Assembly (NCBI GenBank): GCA_040285855.1
Contig: JAUFOQ010000001.1
Span: 2,790,001-2,854,000, forward strand
Direction of reading: 5' to 3'
Source of the DNA: Eukaryota sp. GEM-RC1
Taxonomy: Eukaryota
Length of the DNA: 64,000 nt
Below the pieces are notes generated by a model. The model worked only from the letters and a program-made list of their open reading frames with translations, was not told the DNA's origin and did not search any database. The first letter of the stretch is position 1; every line of letters starts with the position of its first letter. The translations under genes were made by a program, and so were the position numbers. Shown here one piece after another: positions 1-10,760 of this stretch.

Positions 1-447
1 GTTATTTAGCTATAACTTCCAATTCACCATGCATAAAGGAAAGGGTTGTGTGATCACATCACGACACTAACGAGGGTTTGATTTAGACGGCGTACAAACA
101 CTTGTGTACAACACTGATTTTTCAATAACAGTTTCCCTTAACATACACTACATTGTAGTACAGTGTAATACCTGATCTTTCATTTTGTTGAGATTTTAAT
201 ATGAAGTAAAATCAAGTTCCGAGTCCCCATCCTTTTGACAAAAGCAAAAACTACTGTACTTTTAGAAAAATCGTTAAGATGCTTAACTTAAGACCCAATA
301 TGAGCACAATTGGCATATTTCTGAAAATTGCCAACACTGAACATAACCTAAAATGTCCAGACACCAAACACATGGTAATTGACAGGTTGAACTTGTGTCG
401 TGTTCCACAAGTTATTTAAAAAACAGATTTGCTCCAGCCCAATCTAC

Positions 448-1755
448 ATGTTAAATAACTTGTTTCCTCAGTTAGTTCATGCAATTAACTCAGCCTCTGG
501 TAACCCTGGCATTTTCATAGCCAGTAGTGGTGGTAGCAATGCCTCTAGTGCCCTCACATCAGTCTATGGCACTTCCAAATCCTTCTTGGGCAGCTTCTGT
601 GGCTATCACCAGCAACTAACCAACTCCTTTCTTGGCTTCTCAGCTACAACCTATTCCTCCTATCAAATGGCATTTGATTTGATCACTGCATCTCTTCGCT
701 ATCTTATCAAAGCTCTTCCAGATCATCCTTCTTTTCTCCCATGTGGAGTATGTGCTGCTCTAGCCACTAATCCTCCTAGGCGTGGTTCGGACCGCGCCTT
801 CATTTCAATATATTCCACCAACTCTTCCTCGCTCCATCTTTCCTACATTGAGTTTAAACCCTTTGAATCTTCTTCCATTGAAGAACGTAGAAAGTCTCAA
901 GAAGATATTGTAACAGCCATTACCCTCAACTCCATTGCTCTCGTTTCACGTGTTTCTTCTGATCATCTTATACCCGAATCTATCCTTCAAAGCATACTTC
1001 CCTTTGAGATTAAGACAACGCAATACCAATTTCACCCGCAACTTTCTTCATCTGTTTCACTACTTAATTCCCGACATCTTGTTGTATATCCTAAGGACAA
1101 CATTTCAAAACCTCGCTTTATTCTTGACCATCGGTTTACCTTCCCCTCTGAATTCGCTCTTTTCTGTGGATCATTTAATCCCTTGCACTTGGGTCACGTC
1201 ATGTTGATTGATCGTCTTCAATCAACAGTCAAAATCCCTTGTTTTGCTGAGTTGACAGCTGTCAATGCTGATAAGGGAGTTATAGATGATGACGTGTTAA
1301 AGACTCGACTGGAACAGTTTTCAAGGGAGAGTTTAGCCACAATGTTCAATAATGAAAAGAGTAATGAAAATTTAAATTTTGATGAGTTTGATGCTCTGTT
1401 TCCCGGTGTGTTTGTGAATGTTTTCCCAACATTTGAACAAAAGACTAAGTTCATTTTGTCAATCAAAAAAGATTGGAAACCGGTGTTTGTTGTTGGATAT
1501 GATACGGCGATTCGAATCGTAAATTCCAAATATTATGATAGTTTTGAAAAAATGCAGGAAATGATTGACTGGTTTGTTTCATTGTCTGCTAAGTTCTTTG
1601 TTGCTGGACGTTTAGTCCATGGATTATTTAAAAAATGGTCAGATGATGACGTTTCTCATTTACCAAATGCTTGTAAGTTATTCTTGTCTTTGGATGATTT
1701 CAGATTTGACCTTTCTTCTTCTGAACTTCGGAGGCAAAAAGAGAATGTATTGTAG
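448..1755 (+). CDS. CinA-like N-terminal domain fused to an HxGH (NadD/NMNAT-like) nucleotidyltransferase domain
   Basis: First in-frame ATG at 448. Motifs SGGS..., CAALATNPPRRGSDRAF, GSFNPLHLGH (HxGH), NADK and FVVGYDTAIRIVNSKYY. No introns. Confidence 0.85.
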   Translation: MLNNLFPQLVHAINSASGNPGIFIASSGGSNASSALTSVYGTSKSFLGSFCGYHQQLTNSFLGFSATTYSSYQMAFDLITASLRYLIKALPDHPSFLPCGVCAALATNPPRRGSDRAFISIYSTNSSSLHLSYIEFKPFESSSIEERRKSQEDIVTAITLNSIALVSRVSSDHLIPESILQSILPFEIKTTQYQFHPQLSSSVSLLNSRHLVVYPKDNISKPRFILDHRFTFPSEFALFCGSFNPLHLGHVMLIDRLQSTVKIPCFAELTAVNADKGVIDDDVLKTRLEQFSRESLATMFNNEKSNENLNFDEFDALFPGVFVNVFPTFEQKTKFILSIKKDWKPVFVVGYDTAIRIVNSKYYDSFEKMQEMIDWFVSLSAKFFVAGRLVHGLFKKWSDDDVSHLPNACKLFLSLDDFRFDLSSSELRRQKENVL

Positions 1756-2699
1756 AGATGGTTTGTAGTTGAAAGTGAAGGTCTAGATAGCTGAGATAAA
1801 CCCTAATTAAACGAAAACCTCTTATTCATGACAGTTCGTAATTAGTTGGGACATCTTCTGAAAATAGACGGAACATATCAGGATCATATAATGACGATGT
1901 TTTGTAAACATGTTTACATAATTTAATTACTGTATTGATAATGGATGGAATCATGCATTCCCTTGTTTTGTGGGACATTGGATTTACAGTAATTTCAAGT
2001 CTGCTACTAGTGGTCTGTTAGATGAATGTTCAACAATCATTAAAGATTTCATTTATTTACACTTATAGTTGCACCGAAATTGCCTGTTTTTTTGTTTTAA
2101 AACACCAAAATGTAGGACAGTAAGGCTGTGTTTTAAATATCTAATTTAGATGAGTCTATACATAAGCTTCATTTCTGTTGTTTCTGCAGCTTCTGCGGTC
2201 AATTTAAAATCACACATATAATTATACACATGGATGGGGAAATATATATTGCAATATATATTTCAGAGAAAATCAATTCCAATAAATATATACATTGTAC
2301 ATGTACTGGAAAAAAATACTGCAATAAACATAGTGACATTTTATGTCTTCTTCGATATGTATAGTTTAGATTTTGAGTTTCTACTTTATGTTCTAATTCG
2401 CACTTTCGAAAGGAATAGATGTAGACTGGATGGCTGGAGTCATCCTAGTAGTTAAGAAAGAAAATGCTAAAAGTACTGAAAATATCTTAAAGTAAAGGAC
2501 AGTAAAGTAAAGTGCTTAAAGTACTTTCTCACTTTAAAAAAATCCTGTTGTGGAGTATCATTTGGGATGGGCTCTACAAGGAGTTAGAACCAGTTTGTAT
2601 TTGTCTTTATTGAAATCTTTTTTGAGTGATATTCTTTTATGGAACAAAAACACTAAAATAAACACAAATACTAGAACTCAATATCATTAAAGCAACAAT

Positions 2700-4012
2700 C
2701 ATTGCCATTAAAATTCACATCATCATTTTCTTCATAAAATACACTGAGAGCTAATAGAGCTTTTGAAATCATGCTAGGAATTGTTTTAAATATTGTAAAA
2801 ACAATACGATTCAATCAAAATTTGAAATCAAATTTCTTGTTCATTCTTTTTTGACCACTTTCTCAAAATCAGAGAGAAAACAAAGAGCATCTCTACCAAG
2901 TCGACCATAAATTGAAATCGCAAAAGGACATAACTTGTACTCAACATTTCTAATATGTTTTAGAGTGGTCAATGGTTCATCATATTTGTTTCTCTTGTAT
3001 TGTGCTGAACAATTCAGTGGAAAAACTTCATTTATAGCATCTTTAAATGCACTTTTTCTGCAAACATCCACAGGAATCACATCAACAACGGTTAGTTCAT
3101 CATTGACTGATGGAACTATAACATCGGCTCTTCTTTTACCAAAAGTCTTATCAGAGTCACTATTTTTTAAATTATTGATTTCCAGTGACCTCAACAGTGG
3201 CTCAACGAAAGATTCGATTTTGTAGGACTTACACGTTGCATCAATTTGATCTCTGACAGCATCATGAATACAAGTTCTATAAGTAATGAAACGATTACAA
3301 CTCAAAAGGTGAGAAAAAGTAACTATTTTACCACATTTACATTGAAGATCATTGGGTAAATTAGAGGGCCACAAGAAACATCGAAGTCTGATTGTTGTAG
3401 TCCATTGATGATCATTCAACAACAAACCATAAATCTGAGGAATTTGGTTAATCAAAGCAACTGAAGAACTGTCCTTCAAATCGATTCAAAAATTTGCGAA
3501 CGCTGGATTCTTTTCTTTGGTCGAGCCAAGTCGAATTTTAAAATCCAAACATTCAAAATGTTTAAAAAGGTGTTTTTGGAGTTTCTTAAGAGCAAATTTT
3601 AACGAGATGACACATCGTTCTGGTATTTCACAAATATCTGCTGGAAAACAAGTTTGCCAGAGGTCAGGAAAAATTAGCGACAATTCTGATCTCAAATTTA
3701 CCAAGAAAATACTACTTGTCGAAACAAGAAGATTTTCTTGACTTGGGTAACATCTACAGAACTCAAGGACAAAAAATTCTTACCACCACCAATGAAAGCA
3801 GATTTGGTCCACCATTTAGACGAAGTGAAACCAATACCACCAAGATGAGGATCTGAGAAGATGTGATTGTTCAAAGCAGCAGGATCCACTGATAACAAAA
3901 ATGCAAGAAAGTCGGTACGAATTTTGTTAAAGCTTCTACAGAAGTTATAGGTAAGTATAGGGGGTAGTGAGCGAAGCAGATGAGTAACTTTTCCTGAATA
4001 ACAAATTTTAAC
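2700..4012 (-). mobile_element. Degenerate 3' portion of an RLE-type (CRE/SLACS/R2-like) non-LTR retrotransposon
   Basis: Broken frames encode KVTHLLRSLPP and PHLGGIGF (RT thumb), CKCG...HLLSC zinc knuckle, HDAVRD, RADV..D endonuclease and PFAISIYGRLG. Frameshifted; boundaries approximate. Confidence 0.75.
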
Positions 4013-4022
4013 ATGAAATTAG

Positions 4023-4896
4023 TACACCGCTGACCTTAATTAATGTCACTGACATTAATTCCGAACGAACTTTTTGGAAGCCCAAACCCATTTTAATGTC
4101 ACTGACATTAATTAAGAAGTGACATTAATTATGGTGTGTCCAAATTATTGTCACTGACATTAATTCAGAAAGTTCCAAAATAATGGCACTAGATTTTGTT
4201 GAATCAAATCTGTTGTCGACGAGCAACTTATAAAGAAAACATCAGTAATCAAACTACTCTTTATAGTTTCCGATCTCATGGCACGATTGAATGTTCTTCC
4301 TGTTCACTGTAGTTCAATTATCGAACCTGGATATACATCGTAAGGTGATATGATTCATTCGAATTGATAAAATCAAAACTGCATATCAACCAGTAGAAAA
4401 CCGTGTTATTGATGTATTAGTAGAATTGCCGTTGTTATAAATCTTCTCTTCTTGACTTTCAGTACCTATCAGCAGCATCAGCTGACAGGAATCTTGACCA
4501 CCAGACTCCATCCAAAAACACACAAAAATTATCTTATTACTCATCTCTAAAATTCTGCAGTGCACAGTGTGTCTCATATGCTCATTGACTTAGTTATTAT
4601 TCGGAAGAACTCATAAGAAAAGGTAAAAGCGATTCGAAGTTGAAGGTAAGAGTAACTATATACTGATCCGACCTTCAGGCCAAATAATTTCAATTGTCTT
4701 TCTCATTCCCAACAATGTTTACTTGTAGTTGGACTGTATTTTAGCTTTAGTATTCAGAAAAATGGAGACTTAGAGTTGAAGAAGTCATGTATCGAAGATG
4801 TTCTAAATTAATGTCACTTATTTTCCAGAATTGCTCAAACCTAAATTAATGTCACTGACATTAATTGCGAAGTGACATTAATTTGGAAGTGACATT
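4023..4896. repeat. Two clusters of the palindrome AATTAATGTCA-C-TGACATTAATT (4038-4165 and 4806-4896); probable MITE/DNA-transposon remnant
   Basis: Four full or near-full palindromes plus several half-sites, preceded by TA-CACCG at 4023. Confidence 0.55.
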
Positions 4897-4934
4897 CTGG
4901 ATAATTCATCTCTTCAAACCCACCAACAATTTAG

Positions 4935-5678
4935 ATGGGACATACCCATTTTATTGATCGAACTGGTGATCTACGCCATCATCTCCCAACATCTGAGTCA
5001 ACTTCTTCGCCAGACTTTGATGCACTTGCGTCCCACATTGATCTTTCTCCCTTTGTTTCTCTATGGAATGACCTCAACAACATACTACAACCCTCCGAAG
5101 TTACATCCTGTACATCTACCATCAAATCAACCTACGTGAAAGCCAAGCAATCATTCCCTCAATTTTCAACTCTTTACGACGGTATCCTAGCATGTCTCAC
5201 AGCCAAAGCCTCTTCATCCTCTCAACGTGCTCTCAAACACTGTCAAACCTTCCACTCCACACAACCTCTCTCTGCAGTAGTTGATCCTCAACTATTCGAC
5301 ACTCTCCGTTCAAGACTACAAAAGTACGACGATGAAGAATCCCCTTCCCCTTCCACCACTTCCCGTCCTCAACTCTTGTCCCAGAAAATAGCTGTTGAAC
5401 GTGAGGTTTTCTCTCTGTCTGCTGATGTTCACCAATTGGAAAGAATGGTCAATGAAGTTGTCACACTCAATGGATTCATCAGTGAGCAAGTTTCAAAGCA
5501 GTATGAAGATGTGATATCGATTCAAAAGGATGTTTTAGATGCTGAAAGTAATGTTGAAGAAGGAGTAGGAATACTGGACAGGAGTTTGGATTTGATGAGG
5601 AAGACTAAGCTTCGGCCGTTCTTTATATTTATTATAGCGTCAGTTGTGTTGTGGATACTTCATTCAATAAATCCTTAG
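4935..5678 (+). CDS. Syntaxin-family Qa-SNARE (syntaxin-18/Ufe1-like)
   Basis: N-terminal DRT motif, SNARE helix VHQLERMVNEVVTL...QVSKQYEDVISI...AESNVEEG, and a C-terminal hydrophobic tail anchor. Confidence 0.75.
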   Translation: MGHTHFIDRTGDLRHHLPTSESTSSPDFDALASHIDLSPFVSLWNDLNNILQPSEVTSCTSTIKSTYVKAKQSFPQFSTLYDGILACLTAKASSSSQRALKHCQTFHSTQPLSAVVDPQLFDTLRSRLQKYDDEESPSPSTTSRPQLLSQKIAVEREVFSLSADVHQLERMVNEVVTLNGFISEQVSKQYEDVISIQKDVLDAESNVEEGVGILDRSLDLMRKTKLRPFFIFIIASVVLWILHSINP

Positions 5679-7634
5679 GGTGACGTTTTTGTTTCTGAAA
5701 ATTTAAAATATTAGGTTTCTCGACCGTAGCTTCAAACTTCTGAACTGGAAAATAGTAAATATTATTACAAGCATAATTCATTAAGACTGATAGTTATAGA
5801 AATTATAGACCACACAGATCTTTGATATGGAAAACAAGCGAAACTCTTCTACTTGTACATATATTACTGTTTAATAATGAGTTCTTTCTTCTTCTTCTTC
5901 CACATTAGAATGCTCCGAAATGTCCTAGCATGCTATACATTGCAAGACACAAGACCCCAATGGATACTACAACTGTATAATAGTTGTATAATTTTGACAA
6001 AAATGGTGAAAATGAGATGAATATTATAGAAATTATTATTATGAAATTTATGTAATTTCATGTAATGGTCCGGACTAACATCAAGTAATTGAATCGTTTA
6101 TGTTGATAGTTAAGTAATGTACAACGTCAAGTTTTCCAAGAATTACCACATTGTTGACTATAAAGATTCTGTCTTAATTAAGACATTCATGTATTCAATC
6201 AGACTGTTATCAGAACCACCTCGAGTGGTAGTGTTTCCCCGTTCCAGATAAATATTTGTGTCATTAATCTTAAACTATTAAAATATGAATATTAAACTTT
6301 CTGTGAGTAAGATTGCTATCTTAACAGCTTAAAAGGATATAGGTTAGAAATGTTTTGTCATTGTTGTTAGTGCTGTTCGATGATGAGTTTTCATTCCAAC
6401 TGTTGGCTCTATCAAATTGATTTTTGCTCTTAACTCCTAAATATGGTCAAAGATGAAAGCCTGAGTCACTTTGACAAAGACGCATGTGACAAGGCGCATT
6501 GCATGCCATCCTCAAACTCTATATCGTTTCCACAATCTGTTTTGGTTTTGACAATTTCACACCTTCTAACAGGTATTGGGAAGTCTTTTCCTAGCGCAGA
6601 TTGTGTTGAATGCTTTGATTTACAAGCTCTAATTAAGAAACTACCCAACTTCTTCGATCAAATCGGTCACGTCAGCTCTTATTTTTTAGAATCCACTCTT
6701 CTCGCAACCAAGCTGCTCCTTGGAAACAAAGACACTGTATGTACTTGACGAAACCATTCATCAACTATCGTTTCTTGCTTCATTCTGCTCTGCTGATGTG
6801 AAGTCTGTTTTCCTTGTTGTTAGATTAGCCAAACCCGAAGACCTCCTTCCATTTTCACACTTCATTTCAGGGTTAAGTTTCATTGACAAATATACACACG
6901 AGTTTGACTTTCTCAACAAGAATTCTCCTCTATTTTTACCTTGTCTTTCTCGTCTTCATTACAATTATAATTTCCTAGACAATGATAGTGCATCAGCATT
7001 GGCTGAAGCGTTATACAATAACACTTCCATTACTGAACTCAATCTAAGTCGTAATGACATTGGTCCTGATGGTGGAGTAGCTTTATCTAAAGCATTAAGT
7101 ACCAATACGTCGATTATTGTCCTCGATCTCAGTCATAACTCTGTCAACAGTGTTGGTGCTCAAGCTTTAGCTTCAGCTTTGAAAACCAATCATACCATTG
7201 CTCAGATTAATCTCAGCTTTAATTCTATTGGTGATGAAGGAGCCATTGCCCTAGCTGAAGTCTTGAAGGTCAATATCACTGTTATCAAGCTGGACCTCAG
7301 CTCCAACTCTATTTATGATGATGGAGGTGTGGCATTAGCTGAATGTTGCAGAATTAATTCTGCAATTGTAGATTTGAATATAGAATCTAATGGTATCGGT
7401 GCTAAAGGTTTCACTGCTTTAGCCAGAGCTTTGAAAGTCAACACTACTATTAAACGTATTAATCTTACTTGTAACATAATTGATACTGAAAGTGCCATTG
7501 CCTTAGCTGAAGCACTGAGATTCAATTCCACAATAACTCGCTTCAAAGCTTGGTGTTATGACACTGGTGTTGAAGGTGCTGTTGCTCTTGGAGAGTCCTT
7601 GAAAATTAATAATTCCGTTACTCATATAACTCTT

Positions 7635-7727
7635 TGTTACCTGTATGAGACATGTGGTAAGTATAAGTATATTAAATAATGAAATTGGTACTAGAACACC
7701 GCCACGTATTAACACCTGTGGCCTACA
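7635..7727 (-). repeat. 3' LTR (93 bp)
   Basis: TGTTACC...GCCTACA on the + strand, identical to 13713-13805, abutting the PPT. Confidence 0.95.
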
Positions 7728-7746
7728 CTACCTCTTCTCTCTCTTC
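7728..7746 (-). other. Polypurine tract overlapping the pol stop codon
   Basis: Minus strand reads GAAGAGAGAGAAGAGGTAG immediately before the 3' LTR. Confidence 0.8.
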
Positions 7747-10700
7747 GAGTTCCTAGTTCTCTTGGCAACAGGTGTTTTACTAGACAGTCCTGAGCTAGAT
7801 ACTCTAGTACGAGGCAAGGGCTTCTTAGGCTTGTGGACTTTACTATCAATACTTTCTAATTTAATAAACGCAGAATAAGCTTTGGTATTGGAAATATCCT
7901 TGGTGGGAACTGAGGAGGTTTCACCACCATACCATAACACAGTACAGTGTTCACCATCGGGGGTATCATAGCGGTCGAGTATTTCAAGGACGATATGTTC
8001 TTCGGAATCGGCTGACGCAACAGCCTTATGGAAATCAGAGTCATTGGGTAAGTCTGTGAGATAGATCTTACATTGGTGGACACTAGCTTTGCTGACGTGA
8101 CCAGTAATCAGATTCTTGATTGACATTGATGATTGAGAATCAACTGACATTACCAGGAATGGTCCAGCATAACTACCATGTAGCTTAGATGTCTTAGACT
8201 TCTTCAGTACGAGATCACCTATCTTGAACGGGTTACTTTTGTTGGTTTTGCGAGGGGCCTTACTTGTTTGACGAGTCTCTGCCTCTTCTCGCTTTTTCGT
8301 TAGTCTTTCGAGTTTTAGAGCCATATCTTTTACGAATGGAATCTCAGATCGACTTTGTTCCAATGCTTTTAGCATGTTTCCTGGATCAGAACCAGGGCTA
8401 ATATCACTTCCAAACATCAGTTCATATGGTGAGTGGCCTGTGACACTACTAGTAGTAGCATTTATTTGAAGTTGTACAGCTGGAATATATCTAGACCAAC
8501 TATCGTAATCGTTGAAATCTACAAGGAGACGACGTAGACTTTGAAGTACATCCCTGTGTCGACGTTCCACCAGACCATTACTTTGAGAGAAATGTGGAAT
8601 CGAACGACTGATCTCAACGGCCAGCAGGTTACAAACTGCCTCGAACGTGGAGTTAGCAAACTCCTTGCCGTTATCACTGTGAATCATAAAAGGTACTCCA
8701 AAGATAGCAACAACATCCCACACTAGACGATGTGCTACCTCGATACTATTTAGTTCTTCGAGGGGGCTAAGGATAGTATATCTTGTGAACGAATCCACGA
8801 AGACCAGTAAGAACTGATTACCATCTTGATCTTTTGGAAGAGGTCCAATCGTGTCGACATTGAGTCTTGCGAAAGGTCTGTCGGCCCATAACGAACCCGT
8901 CGATTCGATAGTCAGTTTATTAGCCGGAGCTGTTTTCTGACAGGCTGGACAGTGCTTAACATGTTTTACCATGTCAGCTTTCATCTTAGGCCAAAAGTAG
9001 CCACTGTTGAACAGCTTAGCCAAACTATCTTTCAAGTTTGGGTGTCCTGCTTGGACTAAACCATGGAGCATATTGAGTACTGTTTTCCTCAAAGTGCTTG
9101 GTATCAGGATTTTCTTGTCTTTAGATAAGTGTAACATGCTTTCAGAGCATAGTACCGTATTCTTAAATAAAGGATCTTTCAACTCATAAGCCTTCAGTTG
9201 TTCGGATCTAATGGTTGACAGCCAAGAGTCGAACAAAGGAAGTTGGTTGTCGACAGATAGTTCCCGTAGATTGTTGATGACATAGGTTGAGTTATCCTTG
9301 ATGAACCGTAACTCGGTGTAGTCATCTCCATTGTGTCTCATATCCATTTGATTGAGTACAATGTTCCGATCTGAGACGTGATCTGTCAAAATCACTGATT
9401 TGATTGTCTCAATGGGACTGCGATCGATTACTCGTGATAGCATGTCAGCCCATTGATTATCTTCTCCTGCAACGTGCTCAATCTCAAAACTATACTCAGA
9501 AAATATTGGGATCCATCGTTTGACAATCCGGTTATTCTCAGGTGCAGTTATGAGAAAGGCAAGGTTCCTATGATCTGTAAAGATCGTCAAGTGTCTACTC
9601 ATTAGGAAACCTTCCAAGGTTGATTCAGTCAGAATCAACAAAATGGCATACAATTCTTTCTGAATTGCAGCCCAATTCTGCTGACTATTGTTCAAAAGTC
9701 TGCTATAAAAAGAGATAGGTCGAACCTTTCGATCTTTTAGAGGAGTCCCAGGTGGAGATCGAGGATTTTCTTCCTGCCAAATCACGCCACCTACGGCTAT
9801 GTTAGATGCATTCGTGGAGATTATGATGTTCATTTCTTCACTAGGCAAGTCTAAAGCCATATGATTGATTATTAATCCTTTGATTGATTCTAATAATTCA
9901 TCATGTTCCGTTGTCCACAGTATCTTCTTAGGTTTGTCACGAGTTAGTGCTACTAATGGAGCTGTCAAATCCGAAAAATTTGGAATGAAGTCTCTTATAT
10001 AGTTCAAAGCACCAATCAGACTTCTAACTTCAGTGAGATTACTTGGAGCTGGTAGGTTCCTCAAAGCAGAAATTCTACTTTCATCGATGCAACGGGTTTT
10101 GTTCACAAAGATGCTGCCTAAAATCTTGATTTTGTGATTACAAGTTACGAAATAACATTTACGTAATCCAAAACGTACACGAAAGCGTCTGGCGCAATCT
10201 AGTACTTGTCGTAATCGATCCATATATTCTTCAAATGTGTTCCCTATGATTATTATATTGTCAATATAAATAAAAACACCCTCAATGTTGAATATGTCCA
10301 TCATAATGTTTTGGAAGATTGCAGGTACATTCTTCAAACCAAAACATGCCCGTTTGAAACTAATTGACATACCAGGTATAGACACAGTTGTCTTGTCGAC
10401 GTCTTCTTCAGCTATTTTGAGTTGCCAAAAAGCTTTTGGAAGATCAACTGTTCCGATGAAGTTTGCATTCGAAAGGAACTCTAGTATATCACAGATCCTG
10501 GGAAGATTCGGCTTCACAGGCTTCGTATTAGCATTTATCCCATTGGGCCCACTGAAATCTCCAGTTAAACGGGGCTTGCGGTGGTCGTTGTGCATCACCA
10601 GGACAATGGAATTGTTGAACGTTCCTGTCGATGGTACGGCCCATCCTTGCAGTATTAGTTCACAAAAACATCTCATCGGAAACCTGTTGTTATCAGAGTT

Positions 10701-10760
10701 TAACCGTAGAGGAGGCATATATACAATGGAGTACTTATCATCATAGAAGGACTTCGACAT
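7728..10760 (-). CDS. pol: Pol polyprotein: RT, RNase H, integrase (HHCC, DDE, GPY/F) and chromodomain; RT and RNase H catalytic Asp altered
   Basis: VDLPKAFWQ, FGLKNVPAIFQ, YIDN (for YxDD), STNAS (for TDAS), FTDHRNL, H..GH..CPAC, VDTIGP, SDNGKEF, GLVERR, YAGPF and EEHIVLEILD...TVLWYG. Confidence 0.9.
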   Translation of the reverse strand: MSKSFYDDKYSIVYMPPLRLNSDNNRFPMRCFCELILQGWAVPSTGTFNNSIVLVMHNDHRKPRLTGDFSGPNGINANTKPVKPNLPRICDILEFLSNANFIGTVDLPKAFWQLKIAEEDVDKTTVSIPGMSISFKRACFGLKNVPAIFQNIMMDIFNIEGVFIYIDNIIIIGNTFEEYMDRLRQVLDCARRFRVRFGLRKCYFVTCNHKIKILGSIFVNKTRCIDESRISALRNLPAPSNLTEVRSLIGALNYIRDFIPNFSDLTAPLVALTRDKPKKILWTTEHDELLESIKGLIINHMALDLPSEEMNIIISTNASNIAVGGVIWQEENPRSPPGTPLKDRKVRPISFYSRLLNNSQQNWAAIQKELYAILLILTESTLEGFLMSRHLTIFTDHRNLAFLITAPENNRIVKRWIPIFSEYSFEIEHVAGEDNQWADMLSRVIDRSPIETIKSVILTDHVSDRNIVLNQMDMRHNGDDYTELRFIKDNSTYVINNLRELSVDNQLPLFDSWLSTIRSEQLKAYELKDPLFKNTVLCSESMLHLSKDKKILIPSTLRKTVLNMLHGLVQAGHPNLKDSLAKLFNSGYFWPKMKADMVKHVKHCPACQKTAPANKLTIESTGSLWADRPFARLNVDTIGPLPKDQDGNQFLLVFVDSFTRYTILSPLEELNSIEVAHRLVWDVVAIFGVPFMIHSDNGKEFANSTFEAVCNLLAVEISRSIPHFSQSNGLVERRHRDVLQSLRRLLVDFNDYDSWSRYIPAVQLQINATTSSVTGHSPYELMFGSDISPGSDPGNMLKALEQSRSEIPFVKDMALKLERLTKKREEAETRQTSKAPRKTNKSNPFKIGDLVLKKSKTSKLHGSYAGPFLVMSVDSQSSMSIKNLITGHVSKASVHQCKIYLTDLPNDSDFHKAVASADSEEHIVLEILDRYDTPDGEHCTVLWYGGETSSVPTKDISNTKAYSAFIKLESIDSKVHKPKKPLPRTRVSSSGLSSKTPVAKRTRNSKREKR

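Noticed and set aside
2217..2546. AT-rich short repeats resembling further transposon ends (similarly TGTATT repeats at 36985-37695)
   Set aside because: No convincing TIR pair plus TSD could be defined.
7728..10760. The RT as a DGR reverse transcriptase acting on the SPRY genes
   Set aside because: It is an ordinary gypsy Pol between LTRs with an altered YxDD, and no template repeat is visible.
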